From an uncultured delta proteobacterium (lineage in GTDB: Bacteria > Desulfobacterota > Desulfobacteria > Desulfobacterales > UBA2156): 64,000 nucleotides of DNA. Location: assembly GCA_963736855.1 (NCBI GenBank), contig CAVTQK010000015.1:320001-384000 (forward strand), written 5' to 3'. This document shows positions 41,603 to 52,188 of the stretch, piece after piece (position 1 is the first letter of the stretch; each line of letters starts with the position of its first letter). The translations under genes were made by a program, and so were the position numbers. The notes under the pieces were generated by a model. That model made no database searches. It saw only the letters and a list, made by a program, of their open reading frames with translations, and was not told the DNA's origin.

Positions 41603-42187
41603 ATGAAACGTTTTTTGGCATCTCTCATTGCCGCATGTTTTTTCTTTGCGACCGGCTCGGCAGCATCGGAATCCCAAGGGCCTGCAGTGGGCCAGGCGCT
41701 CCCCGATTTCAATCTGAGGGTTCCGGACAATGCAAAATTACGTTCTTATTTGGGGGTTGAAGGAAAAACCACTTTTACAATACCGGATATCCAATCAGAA
41801 ATTGTTATTATTGAAATTTTTAGCATGTACTGACCGTTCTGTCAGAGGGAGGCTCCCTCTATCAATCGTTTTTTCGAGATGATCAACATCGATACGTCTC
41901 TTAAAAATAAGATGAAGTTTATCGGTATCGGGGCTGGTAACAGCGCCGCCGAGGTGGAAGTGTTTCGCAAAAAGTATCAGGTTCCTTTTCCTCTTTTCGA
42001 AGACGGGGATTTTACCATCCATAAAAAAATCGGAGAAGTGCGAACCCCCTACTTCATCGGCGTCCGAAAAAATCCAGATGGAACCCATTCGGTCTTTTAT
42101 TCTAAACTCGGAGGATTCGAAAGCCCTGAAAAATTCTTGAACCGGATCCTTGAGGCAGCCGGTATCCGGAAAGGAGGTACTTCATGA
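41603..42187 (+). CDS. Exported TlpA/redoxin-family thioredoxin-like selenoprotein (UxxC)
   Basis: ORFs 41603-41833 and 41879-42187 are in one frame, separated only by TGA 41831: [16 protein letters not shown]; later RTPYF cis-Pro motif; SECIS-like hairpin. Confidence 0.88.
41844..41860 (+). promoter_or_regulatory. Candidate bacterial SECIS element
   Basis: AGAGGGA-GGC-TCCCTCT hairpin starting 10 nt after the UGA; G at the start of the loop. Confidence 0.75.
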
Positions 42188-42780
42188 GACGATTTTTCAA
42201 CCTGGCGTTTTTCCCTTTTCTGCTGATCCTTTTATCCGGAGTTTCATTTGCCGCATCCGAGGCTTTTAAAGATACGATTTTCAACCCCGGTAAACTCAAA
42301 CCCGTTGACAGCGTTCTGAAAGTCAAGGTAGGGGATACGGCCCCCGATTTCGCTCTCATCAATCTTCAAGGCAAGAAGGTATCCCTCAATTCTTTTAAAG
42401 GAATTAAAAATGTTGTTCTTTCCTTTGTTCCTGCCGCCTGGACCCCGGTATGTTCGGATCAGTGGCCCGGGTATAATATCGCCAAGGACCTTTTTGAAAT
42501 GCACAACGCTGTGCTTTTAGGGATTACGGTGGACAATGCTCCCACGCTTTTTGCCTGGACCCGACAAATGGGAGAGCTTTGGTTCGAGGTCCTTTCCGAC
42601 TTCTGGCCTCATGGGGCGACAGCCGATCAGTATGGAGTTTTGCGCACAGACGGCACCAGCGAACGGGCCCTCTTCGTCATCGATAAAAAGGGGATCTTAC
42701 GGTATATTGACGTGCATGATATTAATCAGAGACCGGATTTTGGGGTCCTGATGAAGGAACTGGAAAAACTCGATCCATGA
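42184..42780 (+). CDS. Peroxiredoxin, AhpE-like, with signal peptide
   Basis: [32 protein letters not shown]. Confidence 0.9.
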   Translation: MRRFFNLAFFPFLLILLSGVSFAASEAFKDTIFNPGKLKPVDSVLKVKVGDTAPDFALINLQGKKVSLNSFKGIKNVVLSFVPAAWTPVCSDQWPGYNIAKDLFEMHNAVLLGITVDNAPTLFAWTRQMGELWFEVLSDFWPHGATADQYGVLRTDGTSERALFVIDKKGILRYIDVHDINQRPDFGVLMKELEKLDP

Positions 42781-42819
42781 GCGGACCCCCGCCTCCTGAA
42801 CGGTGCAAGGGGTTTTTGG

Positions 42820-45042
42820 ATGACCGAAATGCAACAAGAGACAGAGAATCGGCCTAATCACCTGATCCGCGAAAAGAGCCCTTACCTGCTCCAACACGCC
42901 TACAATCCTGTGGACTGGTACCCCTGGTCGCCGGAAGCTTTGGTGCGGGCCAAAACAGAAGACAGGCCCATACTCCTTTCCATAGGTTATTCGACATGCC
43001 ACTGGTGTCACGTTATGGAGCGGGAATCATTCAGTGATTCCGAGATCGCCGGTCTCATGAACGATCATTTCGTCTGCATCAAACTGGATCGGGAAGAACG
43101 ACCGGACCTGGATCAAATGTACATTACGGCGGTATCAGCGATCCGTGGATCCGCTGGATGGCCCCTGAACGTTTTTTTGACCCCCGACCTGAAACCGTTT
43201 TACGGGGGTACTTATTTCCCACCCGAACGCCGGCCCGGTATGGCTTCCTGGAAGGACATCCTTGAGCTTCTGGCAAAAGCCTGGAAAGACCCGAGTCAAC
43301 GGGAAAAGATAAAAAATTCTGCCGATGAACTCGATACCCTGATCCGGAAGCACCTGGTTGGAGATAAGACGACTTCCCCCATGGAAGCACATCTTTTGGA
43401 GGAAGCTTACCAGACTTTAAAAAAGCGGTATGATCAGGCATGGGGAGGCTTTTCCCCGGCCCCGAAATTTCCCTCCCCGCCCGTCCAGGCGTTTCTGTTC
43501 TACTATTTTAACAGGACTCGGCAAAACGGAAGCGGTGGATCCAATAGGGGTCAACAGGCTCTGGAAATGGCCCTGCATACCCTGAAAAGTATGGCCGAAG
43601 GAGGTATTTACGATGCGTTGGGGGGAGGATTTCATCGGTATGCCACCGACAGCCGGTGGCGCATTCCCCATTTTGAAAAAATGCTTTACGACAATGCTCA
43701 ACTGGTACTTAACTATCTTACAGCGTTTCAAATTACCCGAAACTCATTTTTTAAAAAAATCGCCGAGGAAACACTTGCTTGGGTTGATCGAGAAATGACA
43801 CATCCCCGGGGCGGATTTTACAGCGCCCAGGATGCCGACAGCCTCCAACATCCTTCAAAAAGCGGGAAAAGATCCGCTGAATCCGCCGAAAAGCGGGAAG
43901 GGGCGTTTTACATGTGGATACTGTCCGAAATTGTTGAAGCACTCGGCGAGAAAGAGGCGGCGCTTTTTTCGTACCACTATGGTGTCCTGCCTGCCGGAAA
44001 TGCCCTTGAAGATCCCCACGGGGAGTTTTTCGGAAAAAATATCCTCTTTCAAGCCCACACCCCTAAAGAAACCGCACAGCGGTTTCAGATATCGGAAGAA
44101 TCGGTCGAGGCGATTCTTGATGCAGCCCGAAACCGCCTCTTAAAGGAAAGAGATCGACGGCCCAGACCCCATGTCGACGACAAGATCATCACGGCATGGA
44201 ACGGGCTCATGATTTCCGCCTGGGCCCTGTCGTATCAGGTTCTAAAGAACGCATCTTATTTATCCCGGGCCAAGGAAGCGGCGGAATTCATCTGGAACCA
44301 TCTTTACGATGAAAAAGAGAAGCGTCTTTTCCGGATTTGGCGGGAAGGAGAACGTAAAATTTCCGGTATGGCGGAAGATTACGCCGCTTATATCCAGGGG
44401 TTGCTCGACACCTACGAAGCTGACTTTGATATCCAATGGCTTCACCGGGCCTCAACCCTTGCCCAAATTCTGATCGATATCTTCTTTGACTCAGAGCATG
44501 GGGGTTTTTTCATGAACCCGGTATCGGATGAGGAACGCGCCACTGTCCGAATCAAAGAAATCCATGACGGAGTCATCCCATCGGCGGCTTCCACGGCAAC
44601 ACTGGCGCTGTTTCGGCTCTACCGGTTTACCCAAAAAAAAGCGTTTCTTGAGGCAGCCGAAGCCACCGTTCAATCTGTGGTCCCAACCATGCGTCAAAAC
44701 CCCATCGCCGCACCGTTGATGCTGACGGCCGCAGAATACCTTCTGGAAAAATCCCTGCAGATCATCCTTGCTGGAGATCCGAAAGATCCAGTAGCTCTCC
44801 AAATGCTTGAAGTCGCTCATGCCTTATATCATCCGGGTAAGACTCTGATTGTTGTAAACAACCAGACCAGTCGGATGCAATGGGCAAAATGGCTTCCTTT
44901 TATCGCCGACATCCCTCTTGAAGACGAAAAACCAACGGTCTATTTGTGCAAAGATCATACCTGTTCGTTACCTATCGAGACCTCGGAAGCCCTTAGGAAT
45001 ATTCTCGACTCTGACAAGGAGCCTGGATCAAGCGAACCATAA
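42820..45042 (+). CDS. YyaL/SPATA20-family thioredoxin-domain protein
   Basis: [39 protein letters not shown]. Confidence 0.95.
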   Translation: MTEMQQETENRPNHLIREKSPYLLQHAYNPVDWYPWSPEALVRAKTEDRPILLSIGYSTCHWCHVMERESFSDSEIAGLMNDHFVCIKLDREERPDLDQMYITAVSAIRGSAGWPLNVFLTPDLKPFYGGTYFPPERRPGMASWKDILELLAKAWKDPSQREKIKNSADELDTLIRKHLVGDKTTSPMEAHLLEEAYQTLKKRYDQAWGGFSPAPKFPSPPVQAFLFYYFNRTRQNGSGGSNRGQQALEMALHTLKSMAEGGIYDALGGGFHRYATDSRWRIPHFEKMLYDNAQLVLNYLTAFQITRNSFFKKIAEETLAWVDREMTHPRGGFYSAQDADSLQHPSKSGKRSAESAEKREGAFYMWILSEIVEALGEKEAALFSYHYGVLPAGNALEDPHGEFFGKNILFQAHTPKETAQRFQISEESVEAILDAARNRLLKERDRRPRPHVDDKIITAWNGLMISAWALSYQVLKNASYLSRAKEAAEFIWNHLYDEKEKRLFRIWREGERKISGMAEDYAAYIQGLLDTYEADFDIQWLHRASTLAQILIDIFFDSEHGGFFMNPVSDEERATVRIKEIHDGVIPSAASTATLALFRLYRFTQKKAFLEAAEATVQSVVPTMRQNPIAAPLMLTAAEYLLEKSLQIILAGDPKDPVALQMLEVAHALYHPGKTLIVVNNQTSRMQWAKWLPFIADIPLEDEKPTVYLCKDHTCSLPIETSEALRNILDSDKEPGSSEP

Positions 45043-45255
45043 CGGCGTTTTTTCGTTTCCCAGAATCCTTGATTTCGAACTTTTTAAAGGCGTGTGAGTG
45101 CAAAGCCAAAACGCGGGCTTGTAAAGAAAGGCGCTAAAGCTTATGGTATAACCCATATCGGTTTGCTTTCCCGATTTTTTTTGGTTCGGGATCTGAACTC
45201 CCCGAGTCTGCTCGAAGTCCAATAAAATGCATTTTAAACAGGGAGGAAAACAAGC

Positions 45256-45510
45256 ATGAAGAACCCTAAGGTGAAGCTATTTGCTCTGAGCACCTGCAGC
45301 CATTGTAAATCCACAAAAAAACTGCTGGATGACTGTACTGTCGAATATCAGGTAGTGGATGTGGACCTCTTGCAGGGAGATGAGCGGAAAGCCATCCTGG
45401 AGGATGTGAGGAAGATCAATCCCAGTTGTTCCTTCCCCACCGTCATCATCGGCGACAAGGTGATTGTCGGATACAAAGAAAACGAAATCAAGGAGGCGCT
45501 GGGTCTGTGA
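45256..45510 (+). CDS. Glutaredoxin/NrdH-like protein
   Basis: STCSHC, SFPT, IVGY; strong RBS. Confidence 0.92.
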   Translation: MKNPKVKLFALSTCSHCKSTKKLLDDCTVEYQVVDVDLLQGDERKAILEDVRKINPSCSFPTVIIGDKVIVGYKENEIKEALGL

Positions 45511-45842
45511 TGGATGTCCAAAAACTGTATCATCATCTTAAGGAGATTCAGGAAAAAAAAGGTTACCTTTTCAACCAGAACCGGGAAAGGGTTTTCGAGC
45601 TTCTCGAAGCCCTTTTGATCAACAAGGAACGTTACGGTTATATGGCCTGTCCCTGCCGGTTGGCCTCCGGAGACAAAGAAAGGGACAAAGATATCATTTG
45701 TCCTTGTGTGTACCGAGAACCGGACGTTCTGGAATACGGGAGTTGCTACTGCAACCTTTACGTTTCAAAAGAGTGGGATGAGGGAAAGATCGAACACCGC
45801 TATGTGCCGGAAAGACGCCCACCGGAAAAGATTGGAATATAA
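45510..45842 (+). CDS. Ferredoxin-thioredoxin reductase catalytic subunit-like protein
   Basis: CPCR, CPC, CYC motifs; TGATG overlap with the upstream gene. Confidence 0.92.
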   Translation: MDVQKLYHHLKEIQEKKGYLFNQNRERVFELLEALLINKERYGYMACPCRLASGDKERDKDIICPCVYREPDVLEYGSCYCNLYVSKEWDEGKIEHRYVPERRPPEKIGI

Positions 45843-45847
45843 TCTCC

Positions 45848-47074
45848 CTACCCCCCAAAGTCATCGAAGGCAATCATCTCCTTTTCTACCCCGGCGTTGT
45901 CTAGCATTTCCTGGACCGCCTTGAGCATCGGAGGAGGTCCGCATAAATAAAATTCGATTTCCGTGGGATCCGGGTGGTTTTTCAAATATTGCTCGTATGC
46001 CGCCTGGTGGATATAGCCCGTCAAGCCCTCCCAGCGATCCTCGGGTTCGGGATCAGAAAGCGAAACGACGAATTTGAAATTCGAGTAATGCTTCTCCAAC
46101 TCCCGGAATTCTTCTTCGTAGAACAGCTCCTTTTTTGAACGGGCGCCGTACCAGAATGACATCTTGCGCTCTGTCCTCAACGTGAGAAGCTGATGAAAAA
46201 TGTGGGCCCTCAGCGGCGCCATACCGGCCCCGCCGCCGATGAAACACATCTCCCGCCCGGTGTCTTTGATAAAAAAATCTCCGTAGGGTCCGCTGAGAGT
46301 CACTTGATCTCCGGGTTTCAACGTAAAAAGATAGGAAGATGCGATTCCGGGGGGAATTTCCAATTCCCCGGGTGGCGGCGTGGCGATTCGGATGGTAAAT
46401 ATCAACTCCGGCTCCTCCGGGGTGTTGGCCAGAGAATAGGCGCGAAAAATCGGTTCTTCTGCTTTTGCCTTAAGCCCCCAGAAATCGAAACGATCCCACA
46501 CCTTTTTATAAGTTTCCCCTACATGGATCTCCCGGTAGGACCGTTCATATTCGGGAATATCGATCTGAACATAGGCCCCGGTTTTGAAATCCATCCTTTC
46601 GTTTCCTTCAAGTTTCAGCCTCAGTTCCTTGATGAAAGAAGCCAAATTCTCGTTGGAAACCACGATGGCGCTGTATTTCTTGATGTTGAAGATCTCCTCG
46701 GGGATGCGGATCTTCATATCTTCTTTGACTTTGAGCTGGCATGCCAGACGGATGCCGTTGTTTTTTTCATCCCGGCTCAGATGAGCCAGTTCAGTGGGAA
46801 GGATATCCCTTCCTCCGGCTTCAATCCGGCATTTGCACAAACCACAACTTCCTTTGCCGCCGCAGGCCGACGATAGCAAAACGCCGTTTTGGGTCAATGC
46901 GGAAAGGAGTGTTGCGCCCGTGGGGGTTTGAATACTTTTAGCCGGATCCTCGTTGATGACAATGGTCCGGTCCCCCTTGATGACGACTTTTGCCTCCACC
47001 AATAGAAGGGCGATGACCATCAATCCGATGACGCCGGCAAAAACCGCCAGTGCTATGACCCAGGTCTCCAACAC
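45848..47074 (-). CDS. nqrF: Na+-translocating NADH:quinone reductase subunit F
   Basis: SACGGKGSCGLC, RLACQ, RAYS, GGGAGMAP, YLCGPP, DDFGG. Confidence 0.95.
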   Translation of the reverse strand: MLETWVIALAVFAGVIGLMVIALLLVEAKVVIKGDRTIVINEDPAKSIQTPTGATLLSALTQNGVLLSSACGGKGSCGLCKCRIEAGGRDILPTELAHLSRDEKNNGIRLACQLKVKEDMKIRIPEEIFNIKKYSAIVVSNENLASFIKELRLKLEGNERMDFKTGAYVQIDIPEYERSYREIHVGETYKKVWDRFDFWGLKAKAEEPIFRAYSLANTPEEPELIFTIRIATPPPGELEIPPGIASSYLFTLKPGDQVTLSGPYGDFFIKDTGREMCFIGGGAGMAPLRAHIFHQLLTLRTERKMSFWYGARSKKELFYEEEFRELEKHYSNFKFVVSLSDPEPEDRWEGLTGYIHQAAYEQYLKNHPDPTEIEFYLCGPPPMLKAVQEMLDNAGVEKEMIAFDDFGG

Positions 47075-47089
47075 GGCTCACCTTTTCCG

Positions 47090-47698
47090 CTACAATGAAA
47101 TTCCCGCAAACAACATGAAACCGATGGCCATCAAGCCGGTAGTGATCATGTTGATGGCAAAACCCTGCAATCCCACCGGCACATCGGCGTAACGAAGTTT
47201 CTTCTGAATGGCGGACATGGCAATGATGGCCAGAGCCCAGCCAACCCCCGAGCTGGCGCCGTAGACAACCGTCTCGGTGAAAGAATATTGGCGCTCCACC
47301 ATGAACAGTGCAACACCCAGGATGGCGCAGTTGACGGTGATCAGGGGGAGGAAAACCCCCAAGGATGCATACAGGGCCGGGGAATACCGATCGATGACCA
47401 TTTCCAGAGCCTGCACGATGATGGCAATGGTGGCGATAAAAAGAACCAGCTTCAGGTAGCTCAAATTCACCTCGGGAAGCCCTGCCCAGGCGAGGGCACC
47501 CGGCGCCAGCAGATGGTTATATATGAGCCAGTTGACCGGTGTGGTGACAGTCAGCACAAAAATTACCGCAACGCCAAGCCCGGCGGAGGTCTTCATGTTC
47601 TTGGAAATTGCCAGAAAGGAGCACATCCCTAAAAAATAAGCCAGAAGGATGTTGCCCACAAAAATCGAATTGACGGCGATGCTGATCAGATTTTCCAT
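47090..47698 (-). CDS. nqrE: Nqr subunit E
   Basis: [19 protein letters not shown]. Confidence 0.95.
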   Translation of the reverse strand: MENLISIAVNSIFVGNILLAYFLGMCSFLAISKNMKTSAGLGVAVIFVLTVTTPVNWLIYNHLLAPGALAWAGLPEVNLSYLKLVLFIATIAIIVQALEMVIDRYSPALYASLGVFLPLITVNCAILGVALFMVERQYSFTETVVYGASSGVGWALAIIAMSAIQKKLRYADVPVGLQGFAINMITTGLMAIGFMLFAGISL

Positions 47699-47737
47699 GA
47701 ATGGCAAAACCCTGTTTTTTCCGATTTTCGGAAGCGG

Positions 47738-48385
47738 TTATCTTCCCTTTTTCTTTGAAAGCAACGTATGCTCCAGCCAGACGAACAGCCCGATAATGAT
47801 GAAAGCCCCGGGGGCAAGCCGCATCAATCCATTGTTCATGTACCCTGCCTCATAGAAATAAGCGGGGATGACCGGATAGCCGAACAGCGCCCCGGCTCCC
47901 AGTAATTCCCTCAAGAATGCGACACCGACCAGCACCGAGCCGTATCCGATGCCGTTTGCCATACCGTCCACAAAGGACTTCCAAGGCGGGTTGGAGAGGG
48001 CATACCCCTCCGCGCGACCCAGCACGATGCAATTGGTGATAATCAACCCGACGAAAACCGACAGCTGGCGGCTGACATCGTACATGAAGGCTTTCAGGAA
48101 TTCATCGGCCAGAATCACCAGAGTCGCGATCACGCTGACCTCCACCATGATTCGGATGTTTCGGGGAATTGTGCGCCGCATCAGGGAAATGACGAGGCTG
48201 GAAAATGCCACCACCAACGTCAGCGAGATGCTCATGACCAGAGCGGTCTTCATTTGCACGGTTATGGCCAGAGTCGAGCAGATCCCCAGAATCTGCTTGG
48301 AAATGGGGTTGGCTTCCCACAAGGCGCGGACAATGGCCTTGAAGGATTGACTCCTGCGGAAAAGCGGTATGAGGTTTCGGGTCAT
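47738..48385 (-). CDS. nqrD: Nqr subunit D
   Basis: QILGICSTLA, VGLIITNCIVLGRAE; start may be 48415. Confidence 0.95.
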   Translation of the reverse strand: MTRNLIPLFRRSQSFKAIVRALWEANPISKQILGICSTLAITVQMKTALVMSISLTLVVAFSSLVISLMRRTIPRNIRIMVEVSVIATLVILADEFLKAFMYDVSRQLSVFVGLIITNCIVLGRAEGYALSNPPWKSFVDGMANGIGYGSVLVGVAFLRELLGAGALFGYPVIPAYFYEAGYMNNGLMRLAPGAFIIIGLFVWLEHTLLSKKKGR

Positions 48386-48434
48386 CCGATCACTTCGATT
48401 CTTGCTTCGGTTCATCTTGTTTCTGCTTCTGTCT

Positions 48435-49142
48435 TCATTTCACACTTGATATCATATGCTTTCTGAAACGGATCGACACCGGTTCATAATTTTCCAAAAC
48501 CTGGCGGACTCCGGCTGTCAGATATCGCCCTGTTAATGTGGCGCCGCTGATTCCGTCCACGTAGTGGGAGAGCATCTCATCCGAAACAAAATTTTTAGCG
48601 GCCCCCCGGGTGATGCTGACGGAGACAAATTCACCTTCTTTGTTGATGATCTTTTTCCCGATCCAATTTTTCTGAAACCATTCCTTTTCGATCTCTCCGC
48701 CCAGGCCGGGAGTCTCAGCGTGCTTGAAGACAGTGAATCCGGCGATGGTAACCCCATCGTTTTCGAGGGCCAGATATCCGTAGATCTTTCCCCACAACCC
48801 CCTCGACTCCACAGGGACTGCATAGTTTCGTATCTTTTGGCCGTCAAGCCGGACGTAAAGGGCCAAATCGGCCTCCTTCCGCCTTTGAGTATCCACCAAG
48901 TCTCCTGCCGGGGTCACCCAAAATGTTCGAATATTTTGGTCATAGATCCTTTCGATATCGCTTTCAGAGAGGATTTTCCACGTTTCAATCAAACCGACGG
49001 CTTTTAAAATGTTGCGTTTTTTTTCTATGCGCATGTTGTTTTGCTGCAGGTCCTGCAACCCTGTGGAGGCTGCCGTGAGCAATGTGCTGCAAACCAAACA
49101 AAGGAGACCGGCAAAAAGGAGAGAACGAAGGCGCTCAGACAT
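48435..49142 (-). CDS. nqrC: Nqr subunit C
   Basis: GLWGKIYGYLAL, HAETPGLG, DGISGATLT. Confidence 0.95.
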   Translation of the reverse strand: MSERLRSLLFAGLLCLVCSTLLTAASTGLQDLQQNNMRIEKKRNILKAVGLIETWKILSESDIERIYDQNIRTFWVTPAGDLVDTQRRKEADLALYVRLDGQKIRNYAVPVESRGLWGKIYGYLALENDGVTIAGFTVFKHAETPGLGGEIEKEWFQKNWIGKKIINKEGEFVSVSITRGAAKNFVSDEMLSHYVDGISGATLTGRYLTAGVRQVLENYEPVSIRFRKHMISSVK

Positions 49143-50319
49143 TGGGCACCCGTCTTTTCAAGCGAATCTTGATTTCGATCTCATCAAACAACGGCGCAAA
49201 GATATTCATGAAAAGGACTGCCAATCCCACCCCTTCCGGAAAGGCCGGATTGAAAACCCGTATCAATACGGTAAGGACACCGATACAAAATCCAAAGACC
49301 CAACGAGCCCCTTGCATGTGGCAGGAGGAGACCGGATCGGTGGCCATGTAAGCAAATGCGAACATGGATCCGCCCATGACAAGATGATAGAAGGGGTTCA
49401 GGGAAAGATACGGCATCGAATTCGGACCGGCAATCATGTTGAGGATTCCGGCTGTGGTCAGCAGTCCCAGGATACAACCGATGATGATGCGATAATTGGC
49501 GATTCCCAGAAGGATCAAAAATCCCGCGCCGATGACACATAAAAAGGTGGCGGTACCGCCGATGCTTCCCGGGTATAGGCCGAAAAAAAGTTTAGTAAAG
49601 GTGTAACCCGTATCGGAAAGCACCACATGGACATCTTGCATCTTCTCTATGTTGCCGGCTATCGACAAAGGTGTGGCGCCTGAAAAGGCATCCACGGCAG
49701 CCGTTTTGCCGTCGATGAGGAGTGTCCAGACCGCATCCCCTGAGATCTGGGCCGGATAAGCGAAATACAGAAAAGCCCGACCGGTGAGCGCCGGATTCAG
49801 GAAGTTCCGCCCCGTTCCCCCGAAAATCTCTTTGCCGATCACGATACCGAAAGAAATACCCAGGGCCGCCTGCCAGAGGGGTATTGTCGGCGGAAGCGTC
49901 AGAGGCAGGAGGGTGCAGGTCACCAGTACGCCTTCGGATATGGGATGTCTTCGAATGACGGCAAACACGACTTCCCATGTAAATCCCACCGCAAAGACCA
50001 CCGCCACGATAGGCACCACTGCTTGGAAGCCTATGAAAACGGCACGCAGAAAATTCGGAGAATGACCGGATGCCAGAAGCGCTTGGCAACCCACGTTGTA
50101 AACGCCGAATCCATAGTGAGGAAGGAGGGCGACGATGACCAGCATCATATACCGTTTAACATCCAGGCTGTCCCGGACGACCGGAGCCGTGGCGGTGAAT
50201 CGCGGCCTTGTCACAAATACCGACTCCAGGACTTCATACAGGGGTGCAACCCGTTTCAGGGAGCCGTTTTGATCAAAGGCCCTGCGGAGCGATTCGAATA
50301 GCGTCTTTTGGGTACTCAT
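49135..50319 (-). CDS. nqrB: Nqr subunit B
   Basis: GKEIFGGTGRNFLNPAL, DAFSGATPL, MATDPVS. Confidence 0.95.
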   Translation of the reverse strand: MSTQKTLFESLRRAFDQNGSLKRVAPLYEVLESVFVTRPRFTATAPVVRDSLDVKRYMMLVIVALLPHYGFGVYNVGCQALLASGHSPNFLRAVFIGFQAVVPIVAVVFAVGFTWEVVFAVIRRHPISEGVLVTCTLLPLTLPPTIPLWQAALGISFGIVIGKEIFGGTGRNFLNPALTGRAFLYFAYPAQISGDAVWTLLIDGKTAAVDAFSGATPLSIAGNIEKMQDVHVVLSDTGYTFTKLFFGLYPGSIGGTATFLCVIGAGFLILLGIANYRIIIGCILGLLTTAGILNMIAGPNSMPYLSLNPFYHLVMGGSMFAFAYMATDPVSSCHMQGARWVFGFCIGVLTVLIRVFNPAFPEGVGLAVLFMNIFAPLFDEIEIKIRLKRRVPNV

Positions 50320-51659
50320 CGGTGCACCATCTCCTTATAAAAATCTGCTCTGGCGGTTTTCAGTATTTGGGCCAGATCGATTTTGGATGGGCATACATGG
50401 GAACACAGTCCGCATTCAACGCAATCCAGAATGCCATGTTTCAGGGCTTCTTCCATTTCATTGATGATGATGGTCTTGTAGGCAAACTGTGGCAGGATAT
50501 CCACCGGGCAGACGTCGGCGCAATAGCCGCATCCGATACACGCACGTTCCTCCCCATGGTAACGGCCATCGACGGTCATAGGAGCAGGATTGAGACGCGA
50601 TAAGAAGGCCCTCGAATAAGTAGGTTTGCGATATCCGGGTTTAAAAAGCGCCAATATTTCAGCCTTCTTGTCATTGGGAAGGACGGCCACGGCGGTTTCA
50701 TGGAAACTGAGATAGCCGTCGCCGGGCTCCGGATAACCGGTAAAGAGACCTCCCACCACAAAGCAGTGGTCGCCGTTGATGGTTCCGAATTGGGCGATGT
50801 GGTTCAACGGTGCACCCATCCGGGTTTCGACATGACACGGATGTTTGACGTCTGGGCCTGCCAAGACAATGGTTCTTTCCATGGGATATCGCCCGTCCCG
50901 GAGGAGACGCGCCAAAAGAAGCACATCCTGGCCATGAATATACCAGGTTCGCTTTTGATTGAGGTCGATCTTGGTCCGATATAAAAAGACCCCCGCATCC
51001 CCGCAAGGATATTTCCCGGATACCGTGTGGGTGGCTATCTTATGTAAGAAATCGGGGGCATCGTTTCCGGATGGCAAGACAACATCAACATTTGCCGCCA
51101 GCCTTTTCAGCGCCCGGATGCCGAATTGAAAAAGGTCCTCCCGGCCTCTGAGATAAACTGAGGGTTCCGGCTCAAAAGGCTCCTGAGTCCCCATGGTGAC
51201 GATGATCCCGGGAGGCTCGCCGTGGTAAAAAGGAATGTTTTTAAAAGGGAGTTCTCGAATCAAGGCCCACAAGCCTCCCTCCTGGATTCGGGTAACCAGA
51301 TCTTTTGTATCCATCGTATCGAGGGTAGCCTCTGAAATCGAACTAAAGGTCTCATCCCCCTCTTTGGAGTCGAGCCGGATGACGATCGCTTCGAGGACCC
51401 GGCGGGGTCCGAAGCGGACAGTCTCCACTTTTCCTGAGCCGGGGGATCGAAATTTCAAATCCGGCCGGTGCTTTTCTGAGAACAGAAGGGATCCCACCTT
51501 AACGGAATCCCCTTCTCTGACAGCTAGGCGGGGTTTAATAAAGCGAATATGCTTAGGGACAAGAGCCACCCTTTCAGGGGCTTCGAGCCTTTGGAGTTCC
51601 AACGACGGCTTTCCGGCCGCTTGGAGGTTAAACCCTTTTTGGATCCGGATGAATTTCAA
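50316..51659 (-). CDS. nqrA: Nqr subunit A with C-terminal 2x[4Fe-4S] motifs
   Basis: IQKG..L...GKP, SPGSG, GPRRVL, then CIGCGYCADVCP and CVECGLCSHVCP; probable TTG start 51659. Confidence 0.9.
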   Translation of the reverse strand: MKFIRIQKGFNLQAAGKPSLELQRLEAPERVALVPKHIRFIKPRLAVREGDSVKVGSLLFSEKHRPDLKFRSPGSGKVETVRFGPRRVLEAIVIRLDSKEGDETFSSISEATLDTMDTKDLVTRIQEGGLWALIRELPFKNIPFYHGEPPGIIVTMGTQEPFEPEPSVYLRGREDLFQFGIRALKRLAANVDVVLPSGNDAPDFLHKIATHTVSGKYPCGDAGVFLYRTKIDLNQKRTWYIHGQDVLLLARLLRDGRYPMERTIVLAGPDVKHPCHVETRMGAPLNHIAQFGTINGDHCFVVGGLFTGYPEPGDGYLSFHETAVAVLPNDKKAEILALFKPGYRKPTYSRAFLSRLNPAPMTVDGRYHGEERACIGCGYCADVCPVDILPQFAYKTIIINEMEEALKHGILDCVECGLCSHVCPSKIDLAQILKTARADFYKEMVHR

Positions 51660-51890
51660 GTGTTTTGATCCTGATAAGTACCATTTGATCAATTGAAGGT
51701 GATCTTTTACCATTCTCCCGCTCGATTTACAACCAGCCACATGCGAGCAACTAATTTCAGTTCAAGACTTTCGGCCTTGACTTTTAAAGTCTTTGCCATC
51801 ATAGTAATTTTTGAATGTGAAAATGTTCCCTATTTTAATTGCCCGTTTCAATTCATCTTTTTTCCTTATTTTATCAAGAAGGAGCAATAA

Positions 51891-52103
51891 ATGGTCATGG
51901 GGGAAAAACATTTTAAGAAGGTATGTAAATGTCAACACTGCGGCAATGAGGCGGAAATGCTTGTCACCTGCACTCTGGAACACTCCCATGAGGAGGCGCA
52001 CAGCGAGACAGCACCCGAGGCAAACCCTGATAAAAAGCGCCTTAAAGGCAAAGGAATTTGCACCTCCTGCGGAAATGAAGCGGATATGTGGATCGATCTT
52101 TAA
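51891..52103 (+). CDS. Small zinc-ribbon-like protein with duplicated CxxCGNEAxM
   Basis: AAGGAG RBS; CQHCGNEAEM and CTSCGNEADM. Confidence 0.8.
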   Translation: MVMGEKHFKKVCKCQHCGNEAEMLVTCTLEHSHEEAHSETAPEANPDKKRLKGKGICTSCGNEADMWIDL

Positions 52104-52188
52104 GATCGAAATAATGGATCCACAAAACGCATGGAGACCGGGTTCGGCCCTCTCCGAATAAAGAAAGAATGACGGAGAAGTAGAGCAA

